NCBI RefSeq assembly: GCF_001194135.2
Contig: NC_068997.1
Span: 12,212,922 to 12,276,921 of the forward strand
DNA: 64,000 bases
Origin: Octopus bimaculoides
Lineage: Eukaryota
Direction: 5' to 3'
Below are positions 11,666 to 24,864 of the stretch, piece by piece; the first letter of the stretch is position 1; each line of letters begins with the position of its first letter. The position numbers and the translations under genes are program-made. The notes under the pieces were generated by a model. That model was not told the DNA's origin. It did no database searches and saw only the letters and a program-made list of their open reading frames with translations.

Positions 11666-12390
11666 TGCGCCTAAATGGTACCCCGGTATGACTCCAGTCC
11701 TGTAAAAGGGTAACTATTTCACCCTTAACGGGAGTTTCAAAAGTTCGCCCCTTTTGCTATAAGCTAAGATATTTGATTGAATTAAGATGGTTGAAGATGG
11801 TCACGCGGTCATGGTCTGACCTGGAATAGTTTGTTCTGCATGGTATACGATTGTTAGAGTCATGCAACCGTTTAAACGCTAATTGCGCCAAAATTTATGA
11901 CTCTGTTAGTCCAGTGACGGTATCCTATGACAACATGAACATTTGCGTGCCATGTTTGCGCATTAAGATCATATGGGCGATAATTGCACCATAAGTCAAA
12001 GATATGTTAATCTCAAAGGACAATGTGACAATCCGAGCAATAATTGTGTTAAAGATTCTAGTTTGGCAAAATTCCAAATAATAGAGAAATAAATTGTCCG
12101 GTTGTATGCGAGTGACAGTGAACTATGTATCTAAGTGGATTTACATAAACGAGTGCGTATGTCGCTGTGAGTAGCATGTGTGAGTATAATAAACTTATGG
12201 TTTTGACAATATCAGCAAAGGAGCTGGTTAGAAAACTCTCAATAAGAGATGAAAGTAGTAACCAAGAAATAATATTTCTACCTAGCTACTTTGCATGTTT
12301 CAAAATCAGTAACCGACGGTCTCTTATTTCTCTATGTACTGCGAGCTGGGGCGAGTCTCCGCTACGTCTCTACATCTAGTGATCGGGTGT

Positions 12391-12439
12391 TCACGACTGA
12401 AGATGGCATCAGGTAGCACGAAACCGTTCGGTCTTGTGA
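12391..12439 (+). ncRNA. Type I hammerhead ribozyme motif (probably Penelope-like associated)
   Basis: tcacga-CTGAAGA-t-ggcatcaggtagcac-GAAA-ccg-tt-cgg-TC-ttgtga. Stem I is 6 bp (one GU), the core is intact, helix III is ACCG/CGGT and GUC is the predicted cleavage triplet (after 12433). Stem II is imperfect. Confidence 0.65.
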
Positions 12440-12621
12440 TCATGTAGTCTGCTAGAGGATGATATGGGTTCGCTCACCAGGGTCAGGCTGCACAGGTAAC
12501 CCTCTGGTGGAAGATCTGTCTGGAGTTAAAACAGTTGTAATGTCGAACAGCCATATTGATGTGGCGATAAATATTACTTCTATGACTGTATAATTATATA
12601 TGTATATGTATATATTCTTTT

Positions 12622-12840
12622 ATTCTTTTAATTGTTTTTGGTCATTAGACACCGCGGCAATGCAGGGGCACCCCCTGAAAGGATTTAGTCGAACGAATCG
12701 ACCACAGTGATTATTTTTAAAGCCTGGTACTTATTTTAAACGGTCGTTTTTGCCGAACCGCTAATTTACACCAACACACCAACACTGGTGATGGACAAAC
12801 ACAGACATACAAACAAATATATACATAGATACATATAAAA
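12622..12840 (-). mobile_element. SINE type B, 3' half
   Basis: Homologous to 460-716. Confidence 0.8.
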
Positions 12841-12865
12841 TACAGTTAGATAGATAGATAAATAG

Positions 12866-12957
<92 letters not shown>

Positions 12958-13490
12958 GTATTGTAATTGTTCATATTTCCAAAGAATATNNNNNNNNNNN
13001 NNNNNNNNNNNNNNNNNNNNNNNNNNNNNNNNNNNNNNNNNNNNNNNNNNNNNNNNNNNNNNNNNNNNNNNNNNNNNNNNNNNNNNNNNNNNNNNNNNNN
13101 NNNNNNNNNNNNNNNNNNNNNNNNNNNNNNNNNNNNNNNNNNNNNNNNNNNNNNNNNNNNNNNNNNNNNNNNNNNNNNNNNNNNNNNNNNNNNNNNNNNN
13201 NNNNNNNNNNNNNNNNNNNNNNNNNNNNNNNNNNNNNNNNNNNNNNNNNNNNNNNNNNNNNNNNNNNNNNNNNNNNNNNNNNNNNNNNNNNNNNNNNNNN
13301 NNNNNNNNNNNNNNNNNNNNNNNNNNNNNNNNNNNNNNNNNNNNNNNNNNNNNNNNNNNNNNNNNNNNNNNNNNNNNNNNNNNNNNNNNNNNNNNNNNNN
13401 NNNNNNNNNNNNNNNNNNNNNNNNNNNNNNNNNNNNNNNNNNNNNNNNNNNNNNNNNNNNNNNNNNNNNNNNNNNNNNNNNNNNNNNNNN

Positions 13491-13537
<47 letters not shown>

Positions 13538-13879
13538 TATATATGTATGTATATATGTATGTATATATATATACAATGTAACGACTTTAACATAGCTGCA
13601 CAAACATATGTATTCACCCATGTATACAATCACGAACATTTACAAGCACGCGCGCACACAGCAGTATGCAGTCGTGTATACATGCTCTGCATATCAGTGT
13701 GTGCACATCATTTCCAGGAGTTGCACACAGAACACCCACATACTCCTATATATATATATATATACAAGTATATATGTATATGTACACATTCCTTCACAAA
13801 CGTGTGAAAACATATAAGTATTATACTTATATAAATATCATATTATACACACACACACACATATATGTATATATGTATG

Positions 13880-13910
<31 letters not shown>

Positions 13911-14467
13911 AATTTTTACATGCATATATACGTACATACATACGTAGAACGTTTGTTTTTGTTACATACTTTTGCAAATTGCGCGATCCATTACAATACT
14001 CGTAATAGAACAAAACCGATTTCATTAAACCGTCTGCTACTTATTATTCATGAACGTTGAACAGTCTTTTCAGATTACGTAGCTTGCTTAACCAGAAGTA
14101 ACATTTCCTAAAGTTGAAAGTGAAGCCATTTTAGCATCTGTGCCAATCTTTTTTTTTTCCCACTCAAAGTCGTCATAGTCAATGGCTTGTTGTAAGTAGA
14201 AAAAAATTCTATCGGTATTTTCTACAAGTTAGAATATATTTCTTTTAATCTGAATTAGCTGTCACTTTACATGCTCAAGAATAACTATTTTCTCTAATAT
14301 TATAATTAAAGTTGGCTCTCTTCTATTACATCTTTTCTTACCACTCCAATAAGTAATATTTATGTAGTATGCAAGCGATAAGTAAATGAAATGTTTCCAA
14401 TGCTAGTTTCAATCTACACCGAAGCTGGGTTACCGTCAGGACGGCGTTTCAATCACTCATATATATA

Positions 14468-14757
14468 TATGGCCTAGTGGTTAGGGTGTTGCATTTACGA
14501 TCGCTAGATCTTGGTTTCAATTCCTAGACTGGGTGGTGTGTTGTATTCATCAGCAAAACACCTCATCTCACGTTGCTTTGCGATCACTTCAACACCTGAC
14601 GTGTGATACACCCGAGCACCCGTTCAGACAACGTCGATTTGTTGGAGAAAGAGAAATTGTGTACAGCATATACACTTGATCACTATAAGCAAATCATTTG
14701 TGCAGCTCGTTCGGCAAAAGCTAAATACTAATACGTTGTCTTCGACGTGAGAGTCCG

Positions 14758-14760
<3 letters not shown>
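14468..14760 (+). mobile_element. SINE type D (tRNA-like head, distinct 3' tail)
   Basis: Head TGGCCTAGTGGTTAGG...GGTTTCAATTCC. The core gcaaaacacctcatctcacgttgct is shared with type E. Tail ...gttgtcttcgacgtgagagtccgtc then (AT)n. Confidence 0.75.
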
Positions 14761-14795
<35 letters not shown>

Positions 14796-14823
14796 TTGTA
14801 TGTATGTATGTTTATATATCAAT

Positions 14824-14974
14824 ATAAGATAAGAGAAGAAATGGAGCAACATGTAACAATTAGAAGTTGATCATTCGTATTGAGTAATTATAGTTTAACC
14901 ATAATTAAACTATGATGATTCAATACTCATGATCAACTTCTAATTGTTACGCGTTGTTCCAGTTCTTATCTTAT
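14824..14974. repeat. Palindromic foldback (arms about 70 bp), probable MITE
   Basis: ataagataaga...gtaacaattagaagttgatcat...tagtttaa, loop ccataa, then its reverse complement. Confidence 0.85.
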
Positions 14975-15134
14975 CTGAATATATTAAACCACGGTTTACC
15001 CTTTAAACTACCAACTGCTGTTAACCTTACAGCAAGGCCTACACATAGTTAGGTAATGCACCAGTAGTGCCTCGGATACATTTATCCCTTAAGACGGTTG
15101 CATAACCTCTAACTCATAATTTCTCCATATATCA

Positions 15135-15167
<33 letters not shown>

Positions 15168-15969
15168 TGTATATATACTTGGGCATAGACTGGTAGTTCA
15201 AATGATATTAGTGTATCGATAACTACTTATATCAGTAAATGCAACTGTTCATTGTATTCTCTTAGAAGATTGTAGTCATTATAAGACTCTCTCTTTCTCA
15301 CTCTACCGCTTTCTCTCTCTCTCTCTTTCCACCCATTTCTCTCTCTCTCTCTCTTTCACACACACACACACACACACACACTTTGCTTCTGATATAGTGT
15401 TAACTTGTATGTTGCATTAGAATTGCTAGCAAACTCTCTGCTTTGACTAGTCTCATCAACCAAAGAGAAACAGACATGATTGGCACCACCTAACTGAAAT
15501 AGAAGTGAGAAAATCGACAGATTTTTCTTTTGAATCAGGTCTCTTCATCAACAGTTTCCAACCTGAATTTGCGACTGCTAAAGTTATTGGCTATTTTCTA
15601 GTGACTTTATGGTTTTTCACAACAAACATATGAATTACTATTGTTAATACGCACCCAGTTACATTTATAGTTTAAATCCCACCAAAGTGATCTTTGCCTG
15701 TCATCCTTTCACGTTTGATATAATAAAGTATTAATCAAGTATTGAGGTTGATGCAATCGAATTGGCCCCCTCCCACTCAAAACTGCTAGACTTAAAGACT
15801 GCAACAGACTGTCGCCCTGTTCAGAGGAATATTGTAATATTGGCCACTTGTACGAGATTGGGCACCTGCTAAACCGCCTTATGAGTCTTAAGGCTCAAGA
15901 GAAATTTTTGAAATCATTTAAAACTAGTAAAATTGTTCCATCATTTGGCGAGTACTTAATATTTGTAGT

Positions 15970-16358
15970 GTGGAGGCGCAATGGCCCAGTGGTTAGGGAA
16001 GCGGACTCGTGGTCATAGGATCGCGGTTTCGATTCCCAGACCGGGCGTTGTGAGTGTTTATTGAGCGAAAACACCTAAAAGCTCCACGAGGCTCCGGCAG
16101 GAGATGGTGGCGAACCCTGCTGTACTCTTCCAGCACAACTTTCTCTCACTCTTACTTCCTGTTTCTGTTGTGCCTGTAATTCAAAGGGTCAGCCTTGTCA
16201 CACTGTGTCACGCTGAATATCCCCGAGAACTACGTTAAGAGTACACGTGTGTGTGGAGTGCTCAGCCACTTGCACGTTAATTTCACGATCAGGCTGTTCC
16301 GTTGATCGGATGAACTGGAACCCTCGACGTCGTAAGCGACGGAGTGCCAACAACAACA
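15970..16358 (+). mobile_element. SINE type C, full length
   Basis: tRNA-like head GGAGGCGCAATGGCCCAGTGGTTAGG...GGTTTCGATTCCC, (CAA)n tail and a perfect 12-bp TSD AATATTTGTAGT (15958-15969 and 16359-16370). Confidence 0.95.
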
Positions 16359-16376
16359 AATATTTGTAGTATACAA

Positions 16377-16560
16377 GGCAGCGAACTGGCAGAATTGTCA
16401 GCAACGCTGGGGGAAATGCTTTGCGATATTTCATCTGTCCTCACGTTCTGAGCTCAAATTCTGCTGATGTCGACTTTAACTTTTGGGGTCGATAAAGTAA
16501 GAAGATATAATCGGCTTACCCCATCCCCGAAATTGCTGGCTTTCAGCCAAATTTTGAAAC
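16377..16560 (+). mobile_element. SINE type A, degraded
   Basis: ggcagcgaactggcagaattgtcagc...ctgagctcaaattctgctgatgtcgacttt. Confidence 0.75.
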
Positions 16561-18175
16561 CAATAATTGTGACATACTGGTACCAAATTTTTGTAAAGTA
16601 ATTTAAAACAAGACAGGATTCGAAACAGTTCACAAACAAAAGCTGAAAGTTTAACATTTTATGCTTGATACTCTGCCATTTTCTAAACTCTACAGTGTGT
16701 CATCAAAGAAATATTGACTTGCTTCTGTCATACAAAATATATGTTCCGAATCGATTATTATTATTTTTCAGCTTGATTAGTGTATTGGAATAATTTCATT
16801 CAACTTCAAATGATATAATTTCTTCAAGAAATAATAAAATTCCTTAACTCCCAATTCCCATTGAACATTTCGTTAGATACAAAGTCCCAAATTCTCTGGA
16901 GGAAATATAATCATGTTAAATATTTTCATTGGTTAACTGAATTCAACCAAAATATATTTTAGCGTGAAAAGAATTGCAGCATAATAGATAAGGTTTGAAA
17001 GTAATCTATATATGAAACAATTCTGTTTGATACTATGTCAATAAACAATTTTATTGAGGAAGCAAAATTGAAGAAAATAAATACATGTTTACATCTGTTT
17101 TATTTCTCACGGCTTCTTAAAGACAGGATAATTTTTTTGTGTTGTTATGTCGTTTAGAAGATCCAAAAATACGACATATGCATCTAAAGATACGTCAAAA
17201 CTGTTTTGAAAAGTAAAAGCAAAGTAAAATAGATAAATATAATAAAAGCATTTTATGTAATATTTTTCAAATTCGATTTATCAAAAGAATTTATTCTATT
17301 TAATATTATATTCTCTAAATTATTTTCTATTCTTAAATAAAGAAAAAAAAATCGTTTAAAAATCTTGGCGCATTTAAAAAAATATATAAAACAATCAAAT
17401 GAGAATTAATTTCCGAACTATTCAATGGAATAATATTGCAGTAAAAAAAAATGCAAATGTCTAATTATTCAAAAATAGATAACTGCAGACTTCTAGACAA
17501 ATGGATATGTATGCAGTAGGCGTCACTATAAATAGTATGTCCAAAGAAGACGTCTTGGCTGAAATCCTATTCTCTTTTACCATAATACAAAAAGATAAAT
17601 TGCATCGATATTAAATCGTGTCACAGCTTGCTGAGTCAATGAAGTGTTATGAGGTGTACGATGCATGGGTAAAAGACAACGGTTGGTATCCAGTAATAAA
17701 AAGGAAAAAAATAATCTTGCGTGTGTCAGTGGTTTAATGGCTAATAGGATTGAAATCTTTAGTTTAGGAACAAAGCTTCTGAGTTCTAATCCTGCCTCAT
17801 CCTAGTATCATGTAGGTACCTTGGTATAAGCAACAAACATAACGATTAAAGATCAAACCGTTGTGCACATTGTCTATTTCGTGTGTATAACAACAAGATT
17901 ATTTTAGTCTCGCTCTAATATATTTCTCGCTAAATAATAAAGTATTAAAGTTTTTCAACATAAATATTAAACCATTTTTCACATCTAAAGGCGCGATGAA
18001 TTATCTGAACTTTATAATCGTAGAATATAGCCATAGATACCTTTTTAAAAAGACAGCTTAGCCAGAGTTTCAATGGATTTTCGTCGTAGGGTGATTCGAT
18101 CGATACACCTGAGTGCCTCGCTGTATAATACTTCTCAATAAATAATAAAGTTTTTCGATTTTTTAATGTAAATAC

Positions 18176-18372
18176 TAGTTTCAAATTTTGACACAAGGCC
18201 AGCGATTTCCGGAGACGGGTTAAGTCGATTACATCGACCTCAGTGCTCAACTGGTACTTATTTATTGACACCGAAAACGTGAAAGGGAAAGTCGACCTCA
18301 GCGGAATTTGAATTCAGAACAAAAAGACGAACGAAATGCCGCTAAGCATTTTGCCCGACATGCTAACAGTTA
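18176..18372 (-). mobile_element. SINE type A
   Basis: Reverse complement of the type A core and head. Confidence 0.85.
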
Positions 18373-18599
18373 TAACAATTTTTGTTTCTTTAATGATAAC
18401 GTTAACCATTTGAATATTTATAGTTGTAGTTGTTGTGGTCTAATCTCCAATCTTATCTCGTTCCATAAAACTATGAGCACATCTGTGAATTTCCCGTCTT
18501 CCTCCTCAGAAATGATATACACGGAATTCAGATTGATCTGAATCCATATAGTTACAAGAAAAATAACAACGGTATACGCTAATTATATTTATATCAGTA

Positions 18600-18800
18600 T
18601 ACACGCACTATATATTTGTTCTTCACTCATTTATTGGTGTTTTTATTTCTTTTCTTTTAACTCACGTTCATTGTCCGGAAATCTTTCATCACACATCTCT
18701 GACCTCATCAGCAACACTTTTCACTTCCGTAAACTCGGAGTTTTATCATGGCTACCGCACAAAAACCGCATATATTTACAGATAAATTCGTCTAGTTATA
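18600..18800 (-). mobile_element. Penelope-like pLTR/tail with HHR motif (18672-18717)
   Basis: Minus: gtgttg-CTGATGA-g-gtcaga-gatg-tgtgat-GAAA-gatttc-cggacaa followed by AATAAA. Homologous to both arms of 51546-51892. Confidence 0.6.
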
Positions 18801-18839
18801 TAATATCGAGGTCTCTTTCTTTTGTTGTCCTTTCCATCA

Positions 18840-18870
<31 letters not shown>

Positions 18871-20619
18871 TTAAGTAAATCTTCATTTATTCTCTTTGCA
18901 TTCTCAGATTCACTACTTGTTTGGAATAGTTGCGATTTATATATATATATATATANNNNNNNNNNNNNNNNNNNNNNNNNNNNNNNNNNNNNNNNNNNNN
19001 NNNNNNNNNNNNNNNNNNNNNNNNNNNNNNNNNNNNNNNNNNNNNNNNNNNNNNNNNNNNNNNNNNNNNNNNNNNNNNNNNNNAGATAGATAGATAGAAG
19101 TGAAGAGAGATAACACATTAACTGATGCAGCCGATAAAGTCAATTAACGTTTGTATCTCTTTGAAGTCACGCACCAGGAACAAGGAATCCACAATTGAAT
19201 TGAATGTATTGTGTTAATTGGGTGCTATATACGTGGTGATTCGCTCCAGGATTTCATTTCACTCTGACGCATTTACTATACGTCTTGAAATACTACAGAT
19301 CCACTCAAAACTGTAATGTCTGTTGCATCCAAAATATATCTCTCCACACTTATTACTGGAATTATCTCCCATGATTGTTTTTTGTCGTGAATCTTTTTTT
19401 TTTTTTTTTTAGATATTTGAACATTTTTGTGAGTGTGTAATAATTTGAATAAATTCATTTGATCGAAATTTTTTAACTCACTTTATTACAAATGTGAGAC
19501 CTCCAAATGTATCTGTCTTAGATATGTAGATTATGAATATCTTGTTGATAATCATAATCAGTATTACTACATTCCAGAAAATTTCTGATTATTTATCGAT
19601 CACTCTTAACTTTACTAAATTGGTAGAACAGTTATCTCATTTGAAGATATTTACATTCCCCAGAGGGAGTTTTGTTTGCTAATTGATTGGATAATCTGAG
19701 TTCCAACTCACTATATCCTATATCTTATACCGACCGCATTTGTATTAATTTATAATGCAGATCGCTTGCTTCACTTATTTTTCTTGTCTATATTTCAGTT
19801 TTATCGTTTTCTGTCTGACATCCGCATATTCATAAACGAGGTATACGGAGAAGAGATTCTTGACACGACAAGTGATCGCAAAATCTGCGACAAAAGTAAC
19901 AAATCTCCCTCAAATAACACCCTAATTTCTTAAAATAGGATTATCACTGCCTTGAAAAGAAACAATTTTGATCAAATTGTAAATAAAGCAATAAGCTCCC
20001 CTTTTAAAATCCCGGTTTCTTTTTGGTTACCCATTGTAGTCCATGGTTTTTTCACCTTTTTAATTTTGAAAATGACGATGGAAGTTATTATCATGAACTC
20101 AGAACTTCTTCATTTCTATATTCTGGCAAAGAAAAAGATTTCTGTGGTTGCCTCAAGATAATTTGCCAATATCAGTAGGAAGCTTCAGTGAAATTAACGA
20201 GCGCTATTGTCAGAAATAACGAGTTCTGAATAAAAAAAGAAACTTAGATATCTACGATATTACAATATGAATAATAGCAATTTTTATCATTGATATAACC
20301 ACATACAGGTATTGCTATAGTTCCTAAGTAGATTCCAATACTCGACTCGCGCTTATCTTAAAGATTTCAGGAGGATTACGGTGTTTTTCGGCATACTAGC
20401 TATTTTTCATACCAAAATTTACAGCCAAAAAGTGGTGGGTTGTCTTATAACACTCTGGAGGACAAAAATTCCATACGAAATGCAGTAGGATTTGGAAAGA
20501 TAAAGACGATGTTTCAATGCTTATATTACTTACAATGTCGAGGTGTATGCACGAAAGTATAGTAAAGACAAAAATCAACCTCGGTGAAACTTGAACACAG
20601 AAATGCATAACTAAGATTC

Positions 20620-20850
20620 TTATTTCTTTATTGCCCACAAGGAGCTAAACATAGAGGGGACAAACAAGAAGAGACAAAGGGATTAAGTCGATTACATCGA
20701 CCTCAGTGCGTAACTGGTACTTAATTTATCGACCCCGAAAGGATGAAAGGCAAAGTTGACCTCGGCAGAATTTAAACTCAGAACGTAACATCAGACGAAA
20801 TACCAGTAAGCATTTCGTCCGGCGTGCTAACGATTCTGCCAGCTCAGCTC
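20620..20850 (-). mobile_element. SINE type A with alternative 3' tail (A2)
   Basis: Perfect 18-bp TSD AATGCATAACTAAGATTC (20602-20619 and 20851-20868). Tail ...gtccccctctatgtttagctccttgtgggcaataaagaaataag. Confidence 0.93.
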
Positions 20851-21479
20851 AATGCATAACTAAGATTCATTAGGTTGATATTTTCATTGACGTTTTTTTT
20901 TTCTTTTTGTGTCACATAACCACGCTGAAGGTTTCTTCTCTGAAATTTAGAGGACGAGTTATTCGATTAAACACTATTTCAGCGCAATTTATTTTATCGT
21001 TCCCGGAGTGATGGAAGACAAAGTTCAGATTTGAACTCAGAGGTTAAACAAAAGGAAATAAAAATTCAGTAGGCATTTTTATTGATTCTCTGTCTTTCTG
21101 CCTCAATCATGTCATTTAAGATTTCTAGTAGTAAAGATATTTGACACAGGCGCAAACCACAACTTAGACAAAGAGACACAGTCGATTGAATTGATTTCCA
21201 GTGTATTGCTGGTGTTTATTTTGTAGTCCTCCTCCCGACACCGCCTTCAACATTTTTCATTATAAGCCAGTTGCGTCGACAGAAATATGCACATGAATGA
21301 CAAACATTTTTATCTGTCATTTTGTTTTTTGCTATCCTATTACTTTTCTAACACACAAAAATCACCATCTTCAAGAAAAGAGATAATTTTCTTACAGAAT
21401 CACACGATTGTTCAATACAATATTCTTTCGTACCTTTTCAAATAAACATTGAATTTAGTTTTGCCTCTGAGTGCTTGGG

Positions 21480-21760
21480 TACAGTGGCATGGAAAAAAGG
21501 GCATTGGGTTGACAGCGACGTTTCAACGTTGGTGAAAACGCCTTGCAGTACTTAAGTTCTGATCATGCTATTCGACAACGTATCATTTTTGTCCGTTCCT
21601 CTCGTGCGTCCGCCGACGACCGTCTCGCGGGCGGCTCTGGTTGTTGCAGCAAAGGGTGACACACGCACGCAAATCGGATCTGCTGCTGCTACCGCCCATC
21701 CTCCAGATTCGACAAAAATGAAGGGCCAAATAATTGCTAAGATCAATTTGTATTCTTAAT
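21480..21760. other. CpG/GC-rich unique island (possible promoter, enhancer or exon)
   Basis: Sharp local CpG enrichment (cgtgcgtccgccgacgaccgtctcgcgggcggc) with no similarity to the window's repeats. Confidence 0.45.
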
Positions 21761-22099
21761 GCACCTTAGATACGACTATAATTACAATAAAGAAGATTCA
21801 TTGAATTTATGCGAAATATTTTATTTTCAACTGTTTTCTATCAATCTAATCATCTAATCTACGCGCGTGTATAGTATGGAGGTCACTGTATGTTGGCGTG
21901 GAACTGATAAACTAGTGAGGACACATTGAAGGTTTTTAACGGGTCCAAAATGTTGCCGTCTCTAACTTTATTTTGTTCGTACGCTAAACAGACAACTGTG
22001 CATCATAGTGATTTCCTACGAACATTAACACCATGCTAAATTGGTATAGGCTAATTAATATGGCACCTTAAAATTATGGTTACTAACATTAACGACCTC

Positions 22100-22315
22100 A
22101 ATCTTTTCTACTAAAGGCACAAGGCCTGAAAATTGGGAGGGAGGTGACTAATTGATTACATCGACCCCAGTACGCAACTGGTACTTAATTTATCGACCTC
22201 CAAAAGGATGAAAAGCAAAGTCTACCTCGGCGGACTTCGAACTCAGAACGTAAAGACAGACGAAATGCCGCTAAGCATTTCGCCCAGCATTCTAACGATT
22301 CTGCCAGCCCGCCAC
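22100..22315 (-). mobile_element. SINE type A
   Basis: Reverse complement ending gattctgccagcccgcc. Confidence 0.88.
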
Positions 22316-24344
22316 CTTCTTTATCGACCTCCATAAAGGAATGAAATCCAGGGTCATCCTTGTGGGGTGACTTGATTACAGAACATAGAGCGGGGTTAGA
22401 ATCATGTGAGATATTCAGCCAATTTAGTTGAGTAGCAGCTGACAATTGACTATCAAGTTACACTTTCAAAATATATTGATTTCTTTCCATTAGCACAAGG
22501 ACACTAATTATATGGGAAGAAGCATGATTAAAATGATTGAATTGTTTCAGTACACGATTGTAATTAATTTTGTTGATCCTGGAATAGTGAAATGCAAACT
22601 AATAACCTAGTTGGGCATAAAATGATGAGACTAAATAATGAGAGGTATTTCATCCGAAAGTCCACCATTTTCTTCTACACCACCGCCTTCATACATTTAA
22701 TTTAATAAATATTGATTTTTAACACATGAACAAATTCAAAAATGTTTTGTGCGCATGCGAGGGCGGTCGTTTAAGACACACACACACACACACACAACCA
22801 CACACGCCACCACCATCACCACCACTATCATCATCTTGTTCTGGTCGGTTAACTAATTTATCAATTTCGGAAGAATGAAAGTTGTGGCCATTCTTAGCAG
22901 GATTTGAACTCAGGTGATAAAGAGATGTAATTAATTAAATATCTTAAGAGTATTTGTTTTAACAAGACTATAATATTTTTGGAGTAGGTGAAGCATGGCC
23001 GAATGGTTAAAAATTTCGCTTCGCAAGCCCGAATTTTGCTACTGCTACTCCGGTGGTTTCTGCACCTCGCAGCTGATCGTCACATGTTACTTTCTGTCAG
23101 GCACTCTGGGCTCACTTGAGTCCTTCTCCTCTCGTTATCCATATTGTGTCTACCCCACCTCAGACCTCACGCTTACAATTTCCTCTCCAAACACCCAGTC
23201 TTTCCTCTCTGAAACGTCAAATAGCAAGTGTTCCTTTTGAATAATTGCAAGTCGACAACTACAAGACAACTACATTCTTTCCTTGTACCATTTTTCTTGC
23301 AGCCGTTTAACATTAACATTAAACTACATCGATCTCACCTGTCACAGAAGATCTACAACAGCATGTAATCATTCTCCTTTCTTCCAGAGCAAACCAGTTA
23401 AACTAGCCAATCATGATGCTACATAGACATAGCACACCTGCTGACAAATGGAGGTGAGACCGATTGAATAGTAGTTTGAAAATAGAAAATGTTTCATCTC
23501 TGTAGAAGGTTTTTTTTTTTTATATATTCCGAGAAAAGTAACTGTATAGTGCTAATAATTTTTCTGGGGCGCTCTACCGATTCTACTATGTATTGCCTTA
23601 CACGTTAAATTTATTCTTAATTTTTTTTTTTCAGATTTTTAACAGTTGTAGTTATCTCTGAGTCAGGGGAGCGTGTTGCATTTTATCAAATGACAGTCAT
23701 AAAATTCTAATTCTAAAACGAAACAAATGAAAACAAACGGACTTGCTAAGATTCGTCTTACGATTCTATACAAGTATTCCCGATTCTATACAAGTATTCA
23801 CGAATTTAATAGCGATCAATTTTTATGCGACCTTATAACAATTATTCCTTCAGCATGATTTTAATGCTATATGCGATAATAGCGCCGCTATTATGGAGCT
23901 AATTTGCTTTTTATTCGATTCATGGTTGATTATAATTACATTCATACGGGGAAATAAATAAATGTTGAAATATTATTTTATAGCGTTTATTAATCTTTTG
24001 TTCTAATTAAAGAGACCTCGGAACTATTGTATAAACAGTCGTTCATCGTTTCATAATCTTTGGTATAAAAAGAATGATGTCGTAGTTAATAACACAGGAT
24101 TCCAATAGCTAATTCTACGTTTGTAAATATTGGAAAGAGATTTGATTCTACTAAACTTAAACTTGAAATATCATTCGTATTTAAAACAAGGAACCAGCCG
24201 CATTTTATACTCGAAATGGTTTGCAAGAAATAGTTGTTCTTATTAGCTATTTATGCTTCATATAAAAAGTGTAGAAGATTGGACTACCAGGTGTGACACT
24301 GGTGCTTTGTGTCTTCTCGCTTATTTAATGTTTGAAGGATCGAG

Positions 24345-24490
24345 CTCATCTGCTTCTAAGTATAAAAGAGCAATGGTTGACTCAGGACTATAGTAAATTA
24401 CATTTGCCTAAGATGTTGCACAGTAGGACTGAACCTGAAAACACGAGGTTGCGAAGTGAACTGCTTAACCATAGGGTCATCCTGTTTGAT
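24345..24490 (-). mobile_element. SINE type B, 5' half, degraded
   Basis: actatagta...ttgcctaagatgttgcacagtaggactgaacctg...cttaaccatag. Confidence 0.7.
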
Positions 24491-24864
24491 GCTATACCAA
24501 CCACTAGGCTATCGCGTACCTAGCGGTATAGTACTCGGTTATCGAGTACTATTTCTTTTATTCATGAATAGGCAGATCCGTAAAGTTTCACTAGTAGTCG
24601 GTCTCTCACGCAATTGATATCAAGCCTTCCTGTGGATTCGCTCAAGGCAACAAAATTTTTCGTGTGATTTAAGGGGTATTAGCTGTGATTTTTAGCACAT
24701 TTCACGACCATCTCATACCGTCCCCTTTGTCCCCAACTTCACTTTAATGGTATTAATTATAAATCATCAGAATTTACAGGCCTTAGCTTTTAATGACTAT
24801 CGTACTTTGGAGATAGTGAGATATTATTTAGTAAAACACCATAATGAATTCATTAGCAATAAGC

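Noticed and set aside
15970-16045. tRNA-like sequences at SINE heads (also 948, 59398, 62596)
   Set aside because: They have A/B boxes but no complete cloverleaf. They continue into SINE bodies with TSDs, so they are not tRNA genes.
20422-20556. 45-codon open frame after an AG (PKSGGLSYNTLEDK...)
   Set aside because: It overlaps what looks like a pogo/Tc-like terminal fragment (cggtgtttttcggcata...gtcttataac) and has no good donor.
21552-21746. ORF with signal-peptide-like start (MILAIIWPFIF...)
   Set aside because: It starts at TTG, is short and has no recognisable domain. It is kept only as part of the CpG-island finding.
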